DNA from: a virus
Lineage: Duplodnaviria; Caudoviricetes
IMG/VR virus record: IMGVR_UViG_3300017760_000071
Coordinates: 1 to 26,151 of that record
Reading direction: 5' to 3' (one strand)
DNA: 26,151 nt
The position numbers were made by a program, and so were the translations under genes. Under the pieces are notes generated by a model. That model saw only the letters and a program-made list of their open reading frames with translations, was not told the origin of the DNA and did no database searches. How positions within the stretch are numbered: the first letter of the stretch is position 1; each line of letters opens with the position of its first letter. This document shows, piece after piece, positions 7,927 to 16,524 of the stretch.

Positions 7927-10148
7927 TATTCCTCCAGCCTTAACATTTCTTCATTCATTTGTCTTGATGTATTTCTACGTGCATCAAACTCTGCTATATC
8001 TTCTTTAGCTACTTTCAGCTCATCTGCAAGACGAGTCTGATATAACTTCTGCGCCATTTCTACTTTTGCTTCAGCTTTTGCAAGCTTCTTTTCAAATTCT
8101 TTGACCTCAACACGCTTTCTATCATGGAGAGATTCTCTTTGTGCAGTTTGGAGATCTCCTTTAAGGTTTTTAATTTCTTCTGTCTGCGCTTGTATCTGGG
8201 ACTGCATTTTCTGCATCTGACCTGCACGTTCAAGTACACCCTCCATATCAGCGACATCAGTCTGCTTGAGTACTTCGATCTGGTCGATAAGACCCGAACT
8301 GTATAATTGCATATAGTACTCAAACCGTGCCCAGCGATTAGATGGAAGAGTTGAGCCTGATAGAACCACCACATCGTATTTACCAATAGTAACATCATTT
8401 ACCTTACCCATTAGATTTCCAATATCATCATATATTGGACTATTGATTTCCATTTCAAGAGGTCTGTTATTAGGCTGCATCAACCTAAATATCTTTTGAT
8501 CTGTATATACATATTGAATAAGACCGACAACTACTTTAGCTAATTGGTTAAGACACTCTTCAATGTCATCTCTTTTTGATTTAATTCTACGTTGACCAAA
8601 TTCGTCCAGAGCGACAGTACCTTTAAAGGTCTGAGGTGCACTACCAATATCACCTTGCATTAATGCGTAAATTCCCAGTATTCGTTCAATATCTGCCTTT
8701 GCGTCTGCTTCATTCTTATATAACTCATTCGGTAAAGGTACTGGCCCTGCAACAATAGGTTGTCCTAATTCAGGATCAAATTCAATAACTGCTGTACCAG
8801 CTTTGCCCCATTCAGCCTCTAAATTAGCTTTATCCATACTCCCTCTGGGAATTAAAAGCTTTACATTGGTTGAACTGGAAGCATGAGCTACAATTAAAGA
8901 ACGTATCTTATTAATGTACTCCTGTAGCCCTTTGACAAGTCTGACATCGCTCATAGGGTACGGATTACGATTAAATCCATTCATAAAAGGAACAATAGGA
9001 TATTCTTCTATAGGTAAAGAAGCTAAAAACATTTTATGATCTCCAACACTTACGCATTGTTGTATTTGAGTCATTTCTATTTCATTAACCATAATACCAC
9101 CATCTTCTATTAAATCTTCTTTAGTAAGAATATCAATAGTTGTAGTGCTATTTGGTATAGATCCTTGGTGTTCTTCTCCTGCCATAGGAGTAGGTTGCCC
9201 TGTATTGGGATCCATCATTAAATGATATGTAGTGCCTATTTTTTCAGCTATTTCGATATATTGACTAACATTTGCTTTATCTGTATGGATTGTTTGTTCC
9301 CCAGCATTTGTTATTAAAACAATAGGCTCTTTCTTGTATTCCTCATACTGTACTTCATTTAGTACTCTCTGGTCATTGCTCAAAGGATCATAGATCTTAT
9401 AATAAGGAAGTTTAATTTTTGTGTAGCGTTCAAATAATTCTAATTCTCTTTCTTCTGTAATAGACTGACCAGTCAGTCTTCTCTTTAATGTTACATCTTC
9501 ATTTAATAATGCATGACGAGAATCAGAAGCTGTGTTAAGATAGCTAGTTTCACTACTTTCTCTAATAATATCTTCAAACTCAGGATACATTGCTATCAAC
9601 TGTGTTTGCGTAATGATCTTACCAACTATAATATGAGCAGCATCTCTACAAAAAGGATCCTTGCTACTAGGATCAATAAATAGTTCAAGTGGGTCTATTG
9701 CATTAATCTTAACCTCACCTGCACCAAAGTCGGCATCGGGATCTATATAAGCCATCATCACACCCATGCCTTTAACATAGTAATCGTCTATCGCCTGTTT
9801 TAACTCTACATTGCCATTAGAATGATCCCATATGTAAGCCATTAAATCGGAAAACATCCTGCCGACTTTAGCATCACTATTCTCTCTTGCTGTTGATTGA
9901 AATTTTGGATTGTTAGCAGTAAGCATTGCTTTTGCTTGCTCTACTGCAGAATGTACTACATTAACTACTAAAGGCTCTTGAGCACGTTTACGAAGTGCAG
10001 TAACTTGATCGTCACTCCATTGTTTTCCATTACGAAACTCATTATCCTCTACTGCTTGCGTTATCCAGTTTTCACGGGCTGAAGCATAATCAGTTAAGAG
10101 GTCTTGTGTTAATTGTACGTCAGTATCTTTATTTGTATCTTGATGCAA
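7926..10148 (-). CDS. Portal protein (P22 gp1-like)
   Basis: 740 aa following terL. N-terminal 'F-x-x-GKQW...LVVNVV' motif, 'YPIVPF', 'QEYINKIRS', 'GKYDVVV' and a C-terminal coiled-coil barrel. TTG start. Confidence 0.88.
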   Translation of the reverse strand: MHQDTNKDTDVQLTQDLLTDYASARENWITQAVEDNEFRNGKQWSDDQVTALRKRAQEPLVVNVVHSAVEQAKAMLTANNPKFQSTARENSDAKVGRMFSDLMAYIWDHSNGNVELKQAIDDYYVKGMGVMMAYIDPDADFGAGEVKINAIDPLELFIDPSSKDPFCRDAAHIIVGKIITQTQLIAMYPEFEDIIRESSETSYLNTASDSRHALLNEDVTLKRRLTGQSITEERELELFERYTKIKLPYYKIYDPLSNDQRVLNEVQYEEYKKEPIVLITNAGEQTIHTDKANVSQYIEIAEKIGTTYHLMMDPNTGQPTPMAGEEHQGSIPNSTTTIDILTKEDLIEDGGIMVNEIEMTQIQQCVSVGDHKMFLASLPIEEYPIVPFMNGFNRNPYPMSDVRLVKGLQEYINKIRSLIVAHASSSTNVKLLIPRGSMDKANLEAEWGKAGTAVIEFDPELGQPIVAGPVPLPNELYKNEADAKADIERILGIYALMQGDIGSAPQTFKGTVALDEFGQRRIKSKRDDIEECLNQLAKVVVGLIQYVYTDQKIFRLMQPNNRPLEMEINSPIYDDIGNLMGKVNDVTIGKYDVVVLSGSTLPSNRWARFEYYMQLYSSGLIDQIEVLKQTDVADMEGVLERAGQMQKMQSQIQAQTEEIKNLKGDLQTAQRESLHDRKRVEVKEFEKKLAKAEAKVEMAQKLYQTRLADELKVAKEDIAEFDARRNTSRQMNEEMLRLEE

Positions 10149-10205
10149 TGTAGAAAGTCAGACTTTTATCAACTTAAACGTTTACTTTAGGTAATTTGTT
10201 CCAAA

Positions 10206-11684
10206 TTAAGCTATCTTCCAGCTTATATCGTCCAAATTATCTAGAGTATAAGACTTTTTATTTTCTTTTACAACGCCTTTATGATGAGGAGGGTAACATT
10301 TTTTCATTGCATAAAAAAGACCATCTAAAAGATCGTCATGTTTCCCACGAGGATATAATAGAAGCTCGTCACGTAGCTCTGACATTGATTCTAGCATATA
10401 CATCTTCTTTTGAGCAAAATAAGGTTGCATAGTTTCTAAGCGTGAAGACTTGCTGGTTCTTGGACTTTCTTTTATTTCAAGACCAGATATAAATATTTTT
10501 TCTTCATCACATCGCTGTCTCAAGTATTCTCGTAGCATTTCCTGATAGCCTACACTCTCTACTCGTACCTTTACTGGTTTGAATATCTTAAAATACTCGA
10601 TAATGCTTTCTGCAAGTTGCATGGGAGTTGCCCTTTGGCGGTAATACTGGAGAATATACCTTTTGTTGTTTTCGTCTACCGCAACGGGCATGATTACAGA
10701 GTAGTCTGCCGTCTTGCGAACCGAAGAAGCAGGGTCAACCCCCATAAACACATTTACAGGAAACTCTTCTTTATCATTCTTTAGATAATGATTTCCTACT
10801 TTGTCAATTTTTAATTCATAGTCATGATACTGAATATACTTCTCTTGAAAGAGCTGATCTTCATCACCAACAATTTGGCACATATATTCACGATAAAATA
10901 CACTAGCTCTACCAATAGATTCTAATTCTTCTTTTTTTTGCACTAATTTAGCTATAGGCTGCCAATCTTCCCATAATGCTATATTCTTATCTAGGTCTGG
11001 AGCAAAATGCATATTAATCCAGCCCTTCATTTCTTTTAATATCTCTACCATACATCTTTGATGCTGTGGTGTCCCAATTACAATAATCTTACCTTTCTTA
11101 GGGTCTAATGAAGGTACAGCACTCTGCAATAACCAGCGTAAGTTCTGTTCCATTGCTTCAGCAGTCTTTGTATTGTTTTCATCTTCTGGATCATCTACAA
11201 TAATTAATGTAGGTCTTTGGCTACCTACCTTAATACCACGTAACTGCTGTCCTGTCCCCTTGCATATAATCATTGTACCGTCTTTAAGCTCTATTTCTGA
11301 CTTTGCCCATTGCTTTGCACTGTGTTGGCCCCAATACCCATAGATTTGTCTGAAGGCTTCGCTGTATTCTATAGTGTCCTTGATGGTGCCAAGGAGCTTG
11401 ATGGCGTGATCTTGGGTACGGGATACCAACACAATAAGTTTTGCTCCACTGTCATTCATGATGTGGAAAAGGGGGTAAACACCTCCTACAATAGAGGATT
11501 TAGCATGACCACGTGGAGCAATTATATTTACTTGTTTATTTTTATTATTTGTAATAGCGTCTGCTATCTTGTAATGAAAATCAGGAGATGCAGCAGAGAA
11601 CATATTAGACATAATTACTTTACCAAACATAATCATGTTAGTTTTTAATTTATCTTGTATATAGTCTTTATGCTTTACTGACAT
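10206..11684 (-). CDS. terL: Terminase large subunit
   Basis: Walker A 'APRGHAKS', Walker B 'LIIVDDPE', coupling motif 'IGTP', nuclease motif 'GVDPA...DYS' and terminal 'HDDLLDG'. Confidence 0.95.
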   Translation of the reverse strand: MSVKHKDYIQDKLKTNMIMFGKVIMSNMFSAASPDFHYKIADAITNNKNKQVNIIAPRGHAKSSIVGGVYPLFHIMNDSGAKLIVLVSRTQDHAIKLLGTIKDTIEYSEAFRQIYGYWGQHSAKQWAKSEIELKDGTMIICKGTGQQLRGIKVGSQRPTLIIVDDPEDENNTKTAEAMEQNLRWLLQSAVPSLDPKKGKIIVIGTPQHQRCMVEILKEMKGWINMHFAPDLDKNIALWEDWQPIAKLVQKKEELESIGRASVFYREYMCQIVGDEDQLFQEKYIQYHDYELKIDKVGNHYLKNDKEEFPVNVFMGVDPASSVRKTADYSVIMPVAVDENNKRYILQYYRQRATPMQLAESIIEYFKIFKPVKVRVESVGYQEMLREYLRQRCDEEKIFISGLEIKESPRTSKSSRLETMQPYFAQKKMYMLESMSELRDELLLYPRGKHDDLLDGLFYAMKKCYPPHHKGVVKENKKSYTLDNLDDISWKIA

Positions 11685-12168
11685 TTTTCAATATAATACT
11701 TGATGACATTTTCTTAATAGCGTTCAATGGCAATATAGTCATTAGGTCTTCTCTGCCTTTCCTTGTATATACTTTCTTGTAAGAATCTCGTACATGGTCT
11801 GCATAATCTCCCATATCTACTGATGTAGCAATCCATAGTCTTAGAACTTTTGTGCATACCAATATAAAGTAATCATGGAACTCATACGCAAAGAAATCAG
11901 CGTCTCCATAGATAGAACCTTTGTTACCATGTACGTTTTTTATCTCTAATACAACATATGCATCATTTGGATGGATATTTTCTTTATTAAACCTTTTAGA
12001 GCTTTTAACATCTACCTTAAAAGGAAAATTAACTATATAATCCCAATGATTATGTATATCATCATGATCTGAAGATTTTTTATTTTTAAATCCATAGACC
12101 TGTAGGCTTTTAACAAAGCGTTGCTCTGCCTCATCGCCATATTTATAATATTCTTTAAAATTTACCAC
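11668..12168 (-). CDS. PD-(D/E)XK-family nuclease-like protein
   Basis: 'GDEAEQRF...HWDYIV...KVDVKS' gives the E...D...DxK catalytic pattern. GTG start; overlaps the terL start by 17 nt. Confidence 0.65.
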   Translation of the reverse strand: MVNFKEYYKYGDEAEQRFVKSLQVYGFKNKKSSDHDDIHNHWDYIVNFPFKVDVKSSKRFNKENIHPNDAYVVLEIKNVHGNKGSIYGDADFFAYEFHDYFILVCTKVLRLWIATSVDMGDYADHVRDSYKKVYTRKGREDLMTILPLNAIKKMSSSIILKNVSKA

Positions 12169-12313
12169 GTTTCTTTGGTTTCCAAGGGCATTTTCTTATA
12201 TTGTCTACCCTTGTCTCCAATATCCCCCCTTTTTCTAGTCCGCAATGTACATTATCTTGGTACTTACCAGCAAATGGACATTTCTTTTCTTTTACAGTGC
12301 AATATGAAAACAA
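12155..12313 (-). CDS. 52-aa four-cysteine basic protein
   Basis: Not in the ORF track. TTG start immediately after the upstream TGA: MFSYCTVKEKKCPFAGKYQDNVHCGLEKGGILETRVDNIRKCPWKPKKRGKF. Fills the operon gap. Confidence 0.6.
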   Translation of the reverse strand: MFSYCTVKEKKCPFAGKYQDNVHCGLEKGGILETRVDNIRKCPWKPKKRGKF

Positions 12314-12529
12314 TCAATCATATTCCAATGAAAGAGTATCGTATAGATACCCATATGTTTCCATTTCACGCAATGCATCTATAGCAATATTTGTTACATT
12401 GCTATCTTTGCTATTTTGCATCACAGCAATTACATGTAAAGCTCTAATAGCTACATCTAACTGCTGATTTTTCATACGATCGTCTGTTACACCATCGTAT
12501 TCTCTTTCTGCTTCATTGTTGTACTTCAT
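12314..12529 (-). CDS. Hypothetical protein
   Basis: 71-aa helical ORF overlapping the terS stop, in operon orientation. Confidence 0.65.
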   Translation of the reverse strand: MKYNNEAEREYDGVTDDRMKNQQLDVAIRALHVIAVMQNSKDSNVTNIAIDALREMETYGYLYDTLSLEYD

Positions 12530-13286
12530 TCGTCTCGGATTTCCTTTGCAATGTTAACTTCTTTTCTTCTTTAGCAATAGTATCCGCTATTTGCTTCGTC
12601 ATATCCACCTGTATCGTGTCTGTTATCATCTGTTTATTAGGCTTCATTTCTAATAAATCCATTAGATAGTCATTTGCCTTTAAAAAGTTGTTAACATCGC
12701 CTTTATTTTCAGCCATTGTTAGTGCACGTAGTATATTATCTACTGCAAACTCTTTATTAATGGCTTTATCTAGTAATAATTCTTTGATTTTCTTTTCGAC
12801 CATACGCTTTGCTACCTTTTGTTTAAGGAATCTGCGTACTGTTGCAGTGGGGACTTTCTGTTCAGGTCTGTATATCTTACCAAGAGCGTCATAGTCCACT
12901 TTTCCATCCTCAAACACCATTTGTGCATATGCGGCAACAGTATTTTTAGCACGTACTTTTCCAGATTCTTCTGCATCCCATGTCCTTTTAGGGTTTGTTT
13001 TACTATACACCCCATATTCATGATTTGTTAAAAAATTTATTTTTGAGAATCCACTATCCCATCCTACTCCACAGGTAAGTTTTATAAACGTTTTCACTCT
13101 ACCGTTCTTATCTGTGTAGTTCTTTCTATCATAGCATTCCGCTACATACCCATCATCTGTTAAACCCCAGTCGCCAACTTCAGCCTGACGCCAATATACG
13201 TAATCAAGCTTCTTTTGTTTAGCTTGATCTTTCGTATATACTGGATGTTTACCAGTTTTCCCATCTATTTTTCTTGTTATTTCCAC
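12513..13286 (-). CDS. terS: Terminase small subunit (putative, with extra N-terminal domain)
   Basis: 257 aa upstream of terL. An HTH-like segment is followed by TerS-like oligomerisation helices 'FAVDNILRALTMAENKGDVNNFLKANDYLMDLL'. GTG start. Confidence 0.6.
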   Translation of the reverse strand: MEITRKIDGKTGKHPVYTKDQAKQKKLDYVYWRQAEVGDWGLTDDGYVAECYDRKNYTDKNGRVKTFIKLTCGVGWDSGFSKINFLTNHEYGVYSKTNPKRTWDAEESGKVRAKNTVAAYAQMVFEDGKVDYDALGKIYRPEQKVPTATVRRFLKQKVAKRMVEKKIKELLLDKAINKEFAVDNILRALTMAENKGDVNNFLKANDYLMDLLEMKPNKQMITDTIQVDMTKQIADTIAKEEKKLTLQRKSETNEVQQ

Positions 13287-13290
13287 GTTT

Positions 13291-13331
13291 AGCTATATGT
13301 ACATAGAGCTATATGGCCATATAGCTATATG
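13291..13331. repeat. Tandem AGCTATATG repeats (16-bp period) forming overlapping 20-bp palindromes
   Basis: AGCTATATG at 13291, 13307 and 13323. 13307-13326 AGCTATATGGCCATATAGCT is a perfect palindrome; 13291-13310 has one mismatch. Confidence 0.85.
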
Positions 13332-13353
13332 GTTATATATATATCTATATGTT

Positions 13354-13563
13354 TTAATCCATACTCTCATTAGAGTTTTTATCCATATTTAAGTTTTGCT
13401 CTATTATCTTAGATATGATCTCATATTCAGCACTAATTGACTCTGTAATCTGATTTGATTCTTCTACCATCTTGTCATATTGCTGCTCGGTCATCACCTT
13501 CTTTTCCCAATGCCCAGTATTCATATTAAACACTTCATATTCTTTTTTGAGCTTACTTTTCAT
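13354..13563 (-). CDS. Hypothetical protein, first gene of the leftward arm
   Basis: 69-aa ORF (MKSKLKKEYEVFNMNTGHWEKK...). No clear Shine-Dalgarno, possibly a short leader. Confidence 0.6.
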   Translation of the reverse strand: MKSKLKKEYEVFNMNTGHWEKKVMTEQQYDKMVEESNQITESISAEYEIISKIIEQNLNMDKNSNESMD

Positions 13564-13946
13564 AATACACTTGAACTTAATATAGCTAACTTACACATTA
13601 CAACGCTTTAAAGGAATCATTAGTTTCATAATACTCTTTTCAAAATTGTAACAAGAATGTGTGTGGGAGGAACATATTACAAGTACCCCCCTTGTAATTG
13701 GGTTGCCTTAATTGAGAACCGTTGAGTTGGTTGGTTTAGGATAGATTGGTTAGAAGTGTCAGCTCGCACACTCCCTGACCCAGCTATCTTAACCATGCAC
13801 TCTTCGGTCACACCATGTGCTCACTACATTCACACACGTATGCCCATGATGAGTACATATATAAATCCCTACAGTACTGTAACGTACTGCATGTCTTTAT
13901 CTTCCTCTATGTATGATACCTAACTAACTACTAAAGGAGTAATCTT
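13564..13946. promoter_or_regulatory. Divergent control region; candidate genome end/packaging or origin region
   Basis: Longest non-coding stretch, at the strand switch. Inverted repeat ATTACAAG-TACCCCC-CTTGTAAT (13676-13698), palindrome TACAGTACTGTA (13870-13881), and a possible leftward TTGTAA-N18-TAAGTT promoter (13574-13603). Confidence 0.55.
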
Positions 13947-14225
13947 ATGGGTACATTCACTAAAGTATTAAAGAACACAGCATGGTTTACTGTTGGTGTT
14001 ACAGCTATAGCAGTAAAGAAAGCACATGATGGAATCAACACAATCATGGAAGAGGTTGAATCTGGCAGACCTCAAGAACTTGTCAGACAACAGTGTACAT
14101 TTATCAAAGAGAAGGTATCTTCTACTACACAACGTGGTAAAGATGCCAGTTTACACGATAAAGCTATGGACGAACTTGAGAAAATTAAAGCTCAGTTTAA
14201 CAGATCAGCATCATGTACAAATTAA
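13947..14225 (+). CDS. Hypothetical early protein
   Basis: 92 aa, AAAGGAG RBS, short hydrophobic N-terminal segment. Confidence 0.75.
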   Translation: MGTFTKVLKNTAWFTVGVTAIAVKKAHDGINTIMEEVESGRPQELVRQQCTFIKEKVSSTTQRGKDASLHDKAMDELEKIKAQFNRSASCTN

Positions 14226-14332
14226 TCAATCTATTACATAATCTAGTCATAGTCGTATTTTGTGCATTTCTTGCTACAAGTATGATCTATGGAATGGCAA
14301 CAGTTATCTGGCTCCTCTTTGGAGTCAGGTAA
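14213..14332 (+). CDS. 39-aa hydrophobic (membrane) micro-protein
   Basis: MYKLINLLHNLVIVVFCAFLATSMIYGMATVIWLLFGVR. Overlaps the upstream stop; no clear RBS. Confidence 0.45.
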   Translation: MYKLINLLHNLVIVVFCAFLATSMIYGMATVIWLLFGVR

Positions 14333-14353
14333 CTAATTAAGTAAGGAACAATC

Positions 14354-14956
14354 ATGAGAGCAAATACTAAATCTCAGTTCAAAAATACCGAACTGAAACA
14401 ACGTAAGGGAGGTAAACATGCCCCCTATAAATCTACTCGACTACAAGACAATACTAAAATTGCACATCTAAATACTGCAATTATTGGTAGAATAGGCGAA
14501 AATCGAGTAGAAAATCACTTACTTGAGAATGATTATCAAGTATTCAACCAAACTGCAGACACTTGGGGAATTGATCTTGTATGTTTTAAGCCAAAACTTT
14601 GGAAAAATGAATGGAAGATCAATTTAATCACAGTACAAGTAAAATATCATACTATTGCTTACAATACTTCCTATGGGAAGTCATTGAAAGTCAATATTAC
14701 TGAAAATCATGCAGATTGGATCGCAGTACCTATTGATCGTGGATTTGTAGATGATTATGAACATATTATCTACTATCCTAACGAAAAGAAAGGCATCCGC
14801 CATGTACGGGAATTTTCTTTCAAAGAGAAATACCTCGAATCAAAATATAAAAACCAAAACCCACGCAGATGGGCTACAAATTGGTATAAATTACCAACAC
14901 CAAAGCCTCAATCTGGTTGGAATAAACTCATACAATCACGAACATCTTGTGATTAA
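14354..14956 (+). CDS. PD-(D/E)XK restriction-endonuclease-like protein
   Basis: 'GRIGENRV...L...Y-x-VF...GIDLV...ITVQVK' motif; AAGGA RBS; basic N-terminal extension. Confidence 0.72.
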   Translation: MRANTKSQFKNTELKQRKGGKHAPYKSTRLQDNTKIAHLNTAIIGRIGENRVENHLLENDYQVFNQTADTWGIDLVCFKPKLWKNEWKINLITVQVKYHTIAYNTSYGKSLKVNITENHADWIAVPIDRGFVDDYEHIIYYPNEKKGIRHVREFSFKEKYLESKYKNQNPRRWATNWYKLPTPKPQSGWNKLIQSRTSCD

Positions 14957-15032
14957 TTACTGGAGGGGGTTGTGCAAACAAGTCGCAACCCTCACACCTT
15001 CCTCTATCTATAAAAATCAAAAGGAGTATCTT

Positions 15033-15134
15033 ATGCTACTAAGTGAATGTTGTGGAGCTAAAGTCATCGAAGATTATGACCTCTGTTCAAAATGTTTAGA
15101 ACATTGTGATAGTTATGATGACGAAGAAGAATAA
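15033..15134 (+). CDS. 33-aa Cys-rich (Zn-ribbon-like) micro-protein
   Basis: Likely true start within the 14751..15134 track ORF, after an AAAGGAG RBS: MLLSECCGAKVIEDYDLCSKCLEHCDSYDDEEE. Confidence 0.7.
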   Translation: MLLSECCGAKVIEDYDLCSKCLEHCDSYDDEEE

Positions 15135-15201
15135 AAACAGCTTCCTCTATTTTTGGATGCATGGTGCGTCCAATTACTAACCATAAAAAAGGAGTCATTC
15201 A

Positions 15202-15540
15202 ATGACTAAAATTAAAGATCTATTAAAATCGTTTGCAGGTATAGCTAGCAAAGCACCTGAAAGACCATATGAAAGCGTATGGTTGCAGAAAAGCAAACAA
15301 AATGATGACGGAACATATCAGAACATCAAAACAACTGTAGAACAGATGATGAACGATACAACTGATGAATACATTTACAATGTATGGTCAGAGTTCTCAG
15401 AAGATGGTGCTGAAAGTTTCAATACATTTGTAGAAACTGAACTTATTCCTAACGGCATGAGAACACTTGAAAGCACAGCTAGAATGTCTAAAGATCAAGG
15501 TTCCATACGATACATGATAGCACGACCAATGAACAGTTAA
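15202..15540 (+). CDS. Hypothetical early protein
   Basis: 112 aa, AAAGGAG RBS, followed by a terminator. Confidence 0.8.
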   Translation: MTKIKDLLKSFAGIASKAPERPYESVWLQKSKQNDDGTYQNIKTTVEQMMNDTTDEYIYNVWSEFSEDGAESFNTFVETELIPNGMRTLESTARMSKDQGSIRYMIARPMNS

Positions 15541-15548
15541 CATCATAC

Positions 15549-15582
15549 AAAAGCACATGGGTACATCCTATGTGCTTTTTTT
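15549..15582 (+). terminator. Rho-independent terminator
   Basis: AAAAGCACAUGGG-UACAU-CCUAUGUGCUUUUUUU. Confidence 0.85.
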
Positions 15583-15670
15583 ACGCTTCGCTACACTCAG
15601 CGGAACAACTTTTTTTAAAAGGTGCTACGCTCAGTAATATAAAATTATGGACTGTCGAACAAGAAACAAA

Positions 15671-15699
15671 TTGACTGTAAGTGCAGTTATTAGTATATT
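15671..15699 (+). promoter_or_regulatory. Sigma70-type promoter
   Basis: TTGACT-N17-TATATT with an A-rich upstream element, located after a terminator. Confidence 0.75.
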
Positions 15700-15784
15700 T
15701 AAAGCCCTTCACAGGGGGAGTAAACAAGACATCTATAACAAGATTTTACTTATGGTTAGGTAGAACAAGTACGCTTGTACACAG

Positions 15785-15820
15785 GGGAGCAGTATCTATA
15801 TGGTACTGCTTCCTTTATTT
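15785..15820 (+). terminator. Leader hairpin / attenuator-like element
   Basis: GGGAGCAGUAUC-UAUAU-GGUACUGCUUCC followed by UUUAUUU, between the promoter and the 15841 start. Confidence 0.55.
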
Positions 15821-15840
15821 CTAATAATATGGAGGAACAT

Positions 15841-16113
15841 ATGAGTAACTATAAACAAATGTTTCAAGATGCTATAACAGATACATTGTCAGAGTTACAT
15901 TGTATACATCATCCAAACGTAGAGCTTAATTACATAGAAGTAACAAGCTTACAAAAAGTATCTTGGGATGAAACACCAATTAAAACATATCATGATATTG
16001 AATACTGTCCTAAATGTTTTGAAATACATGAAACAGGAAAAGAATTTAAACATGATATAAAACCTAAACCATTATTCACAAACATAAAAAGGAGCACTAA
16101 TGCAAAACAATAA
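15841..16113 (+). CDS. Hypothetical protein with CxxH / CxxC (Zn-binding candidate)
   Basis: GGAGG RBS before ATG 15841; 'HCIHHP...YCPKC'. Confidence 0.7.
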   Translation: MSNYKQMFQDAITDTLSELHCIHHPNVELNYIEVTSLQKVSWDETPIKTYHDIEYCPKCFEIHETGKEFKHDIKPKPLFTNIKRSTNAKQ

Positions 16114-16324
16114 TAGATCAGAAACAGATCAAATGAAATTAGAAGCAGCAATTTCTACGTTAGAAAATTATCCAGATGATTTAAATATGATTAGTCAAAG
16201 CATTGATGAAATCTATAACATCTCACATAAACTACTAGAAACTACAGTTACTACTAATAGGCAGCTAATTAATGTAGTTAAACTATTAACTAAAAACATA
16301 CAAGATGTGGAGGACAACTTATGA
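16100..16324 (+). CDS. Hypothetical coiled-coil protein
   Basis: 74 aa, AAGGAG RBS. Confidence 0.7.
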   Translation: MQNNNRSETDQMKLEAAISTLENYPDDLNMISQSIDEIYNISHKLLETTVTTNRQLINVVKLLTKNIQDVEDNL

Positions 16325-16524
16325 TAACAGAATCAGATATTATCTTTGATAATTTAGCAGAAAATGTGTTTCCACTTCTTGAAGAAGCAATTGATCGAGA
16401 AGCATCACATATTATGGATGAATTTAACATCAACCCAGAAACAATGGTAAAACTAATCGAATCTTGGTTGCACAATGCAAGTAAAAACGATTATATACCT
16501 AATACAAAATGGAGAAATGTATGA
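16321..16524 (+). CDS. Hypothetical protein
   Basis: 67 aa, GGAGG RBS, ATGA overlap. Confidence 0.7.
   Translation: MITESDIIFDNLAENVFPLLEEAIDREASHIMDEFNINPETMVKLIESWLHNASKNDYIPNTKWRNV

Noticed and set aside
10206-11684. Intron or intein in terL, or in the portal, capsid or primase genes
   Set aside because: The lengths are ordinary, the motifs are contiguous and no splicing signatures are seen.
210-13031. Plus-strand track ORFs in the left arm, alternative-frame minus ORFs (8060..8398, 12812..13021) and equivalent antisense ORFs in the right arm
   Set aside because: They are shadow frames of well-supported genes, without RBSs or recognisable motifs.
13291-13350. CRISPR-like mini-array
   Set aside because: The repeat unit is 9 bp with 7-bp spacers, far too short, and no cas genes are visible.
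13840-13849. ATGCCCATGA also present on the minus strand at 949-958
   Set aside because: A single 10-mer match in unrelated contexts; compatible with chance in 26 kb.
14751-15032. Long version of the 14751..15134 ORF
   Set aside because: It overlaps the nuclease gene out of frame; the RBS supports a start at 15033.
15591-15633. GCTAC(A/G)CTCAG direct repeat between the terminator and the promoter
   Set aside because: Only two copies with no other occurrence noticed, so there is too little to assign a role.
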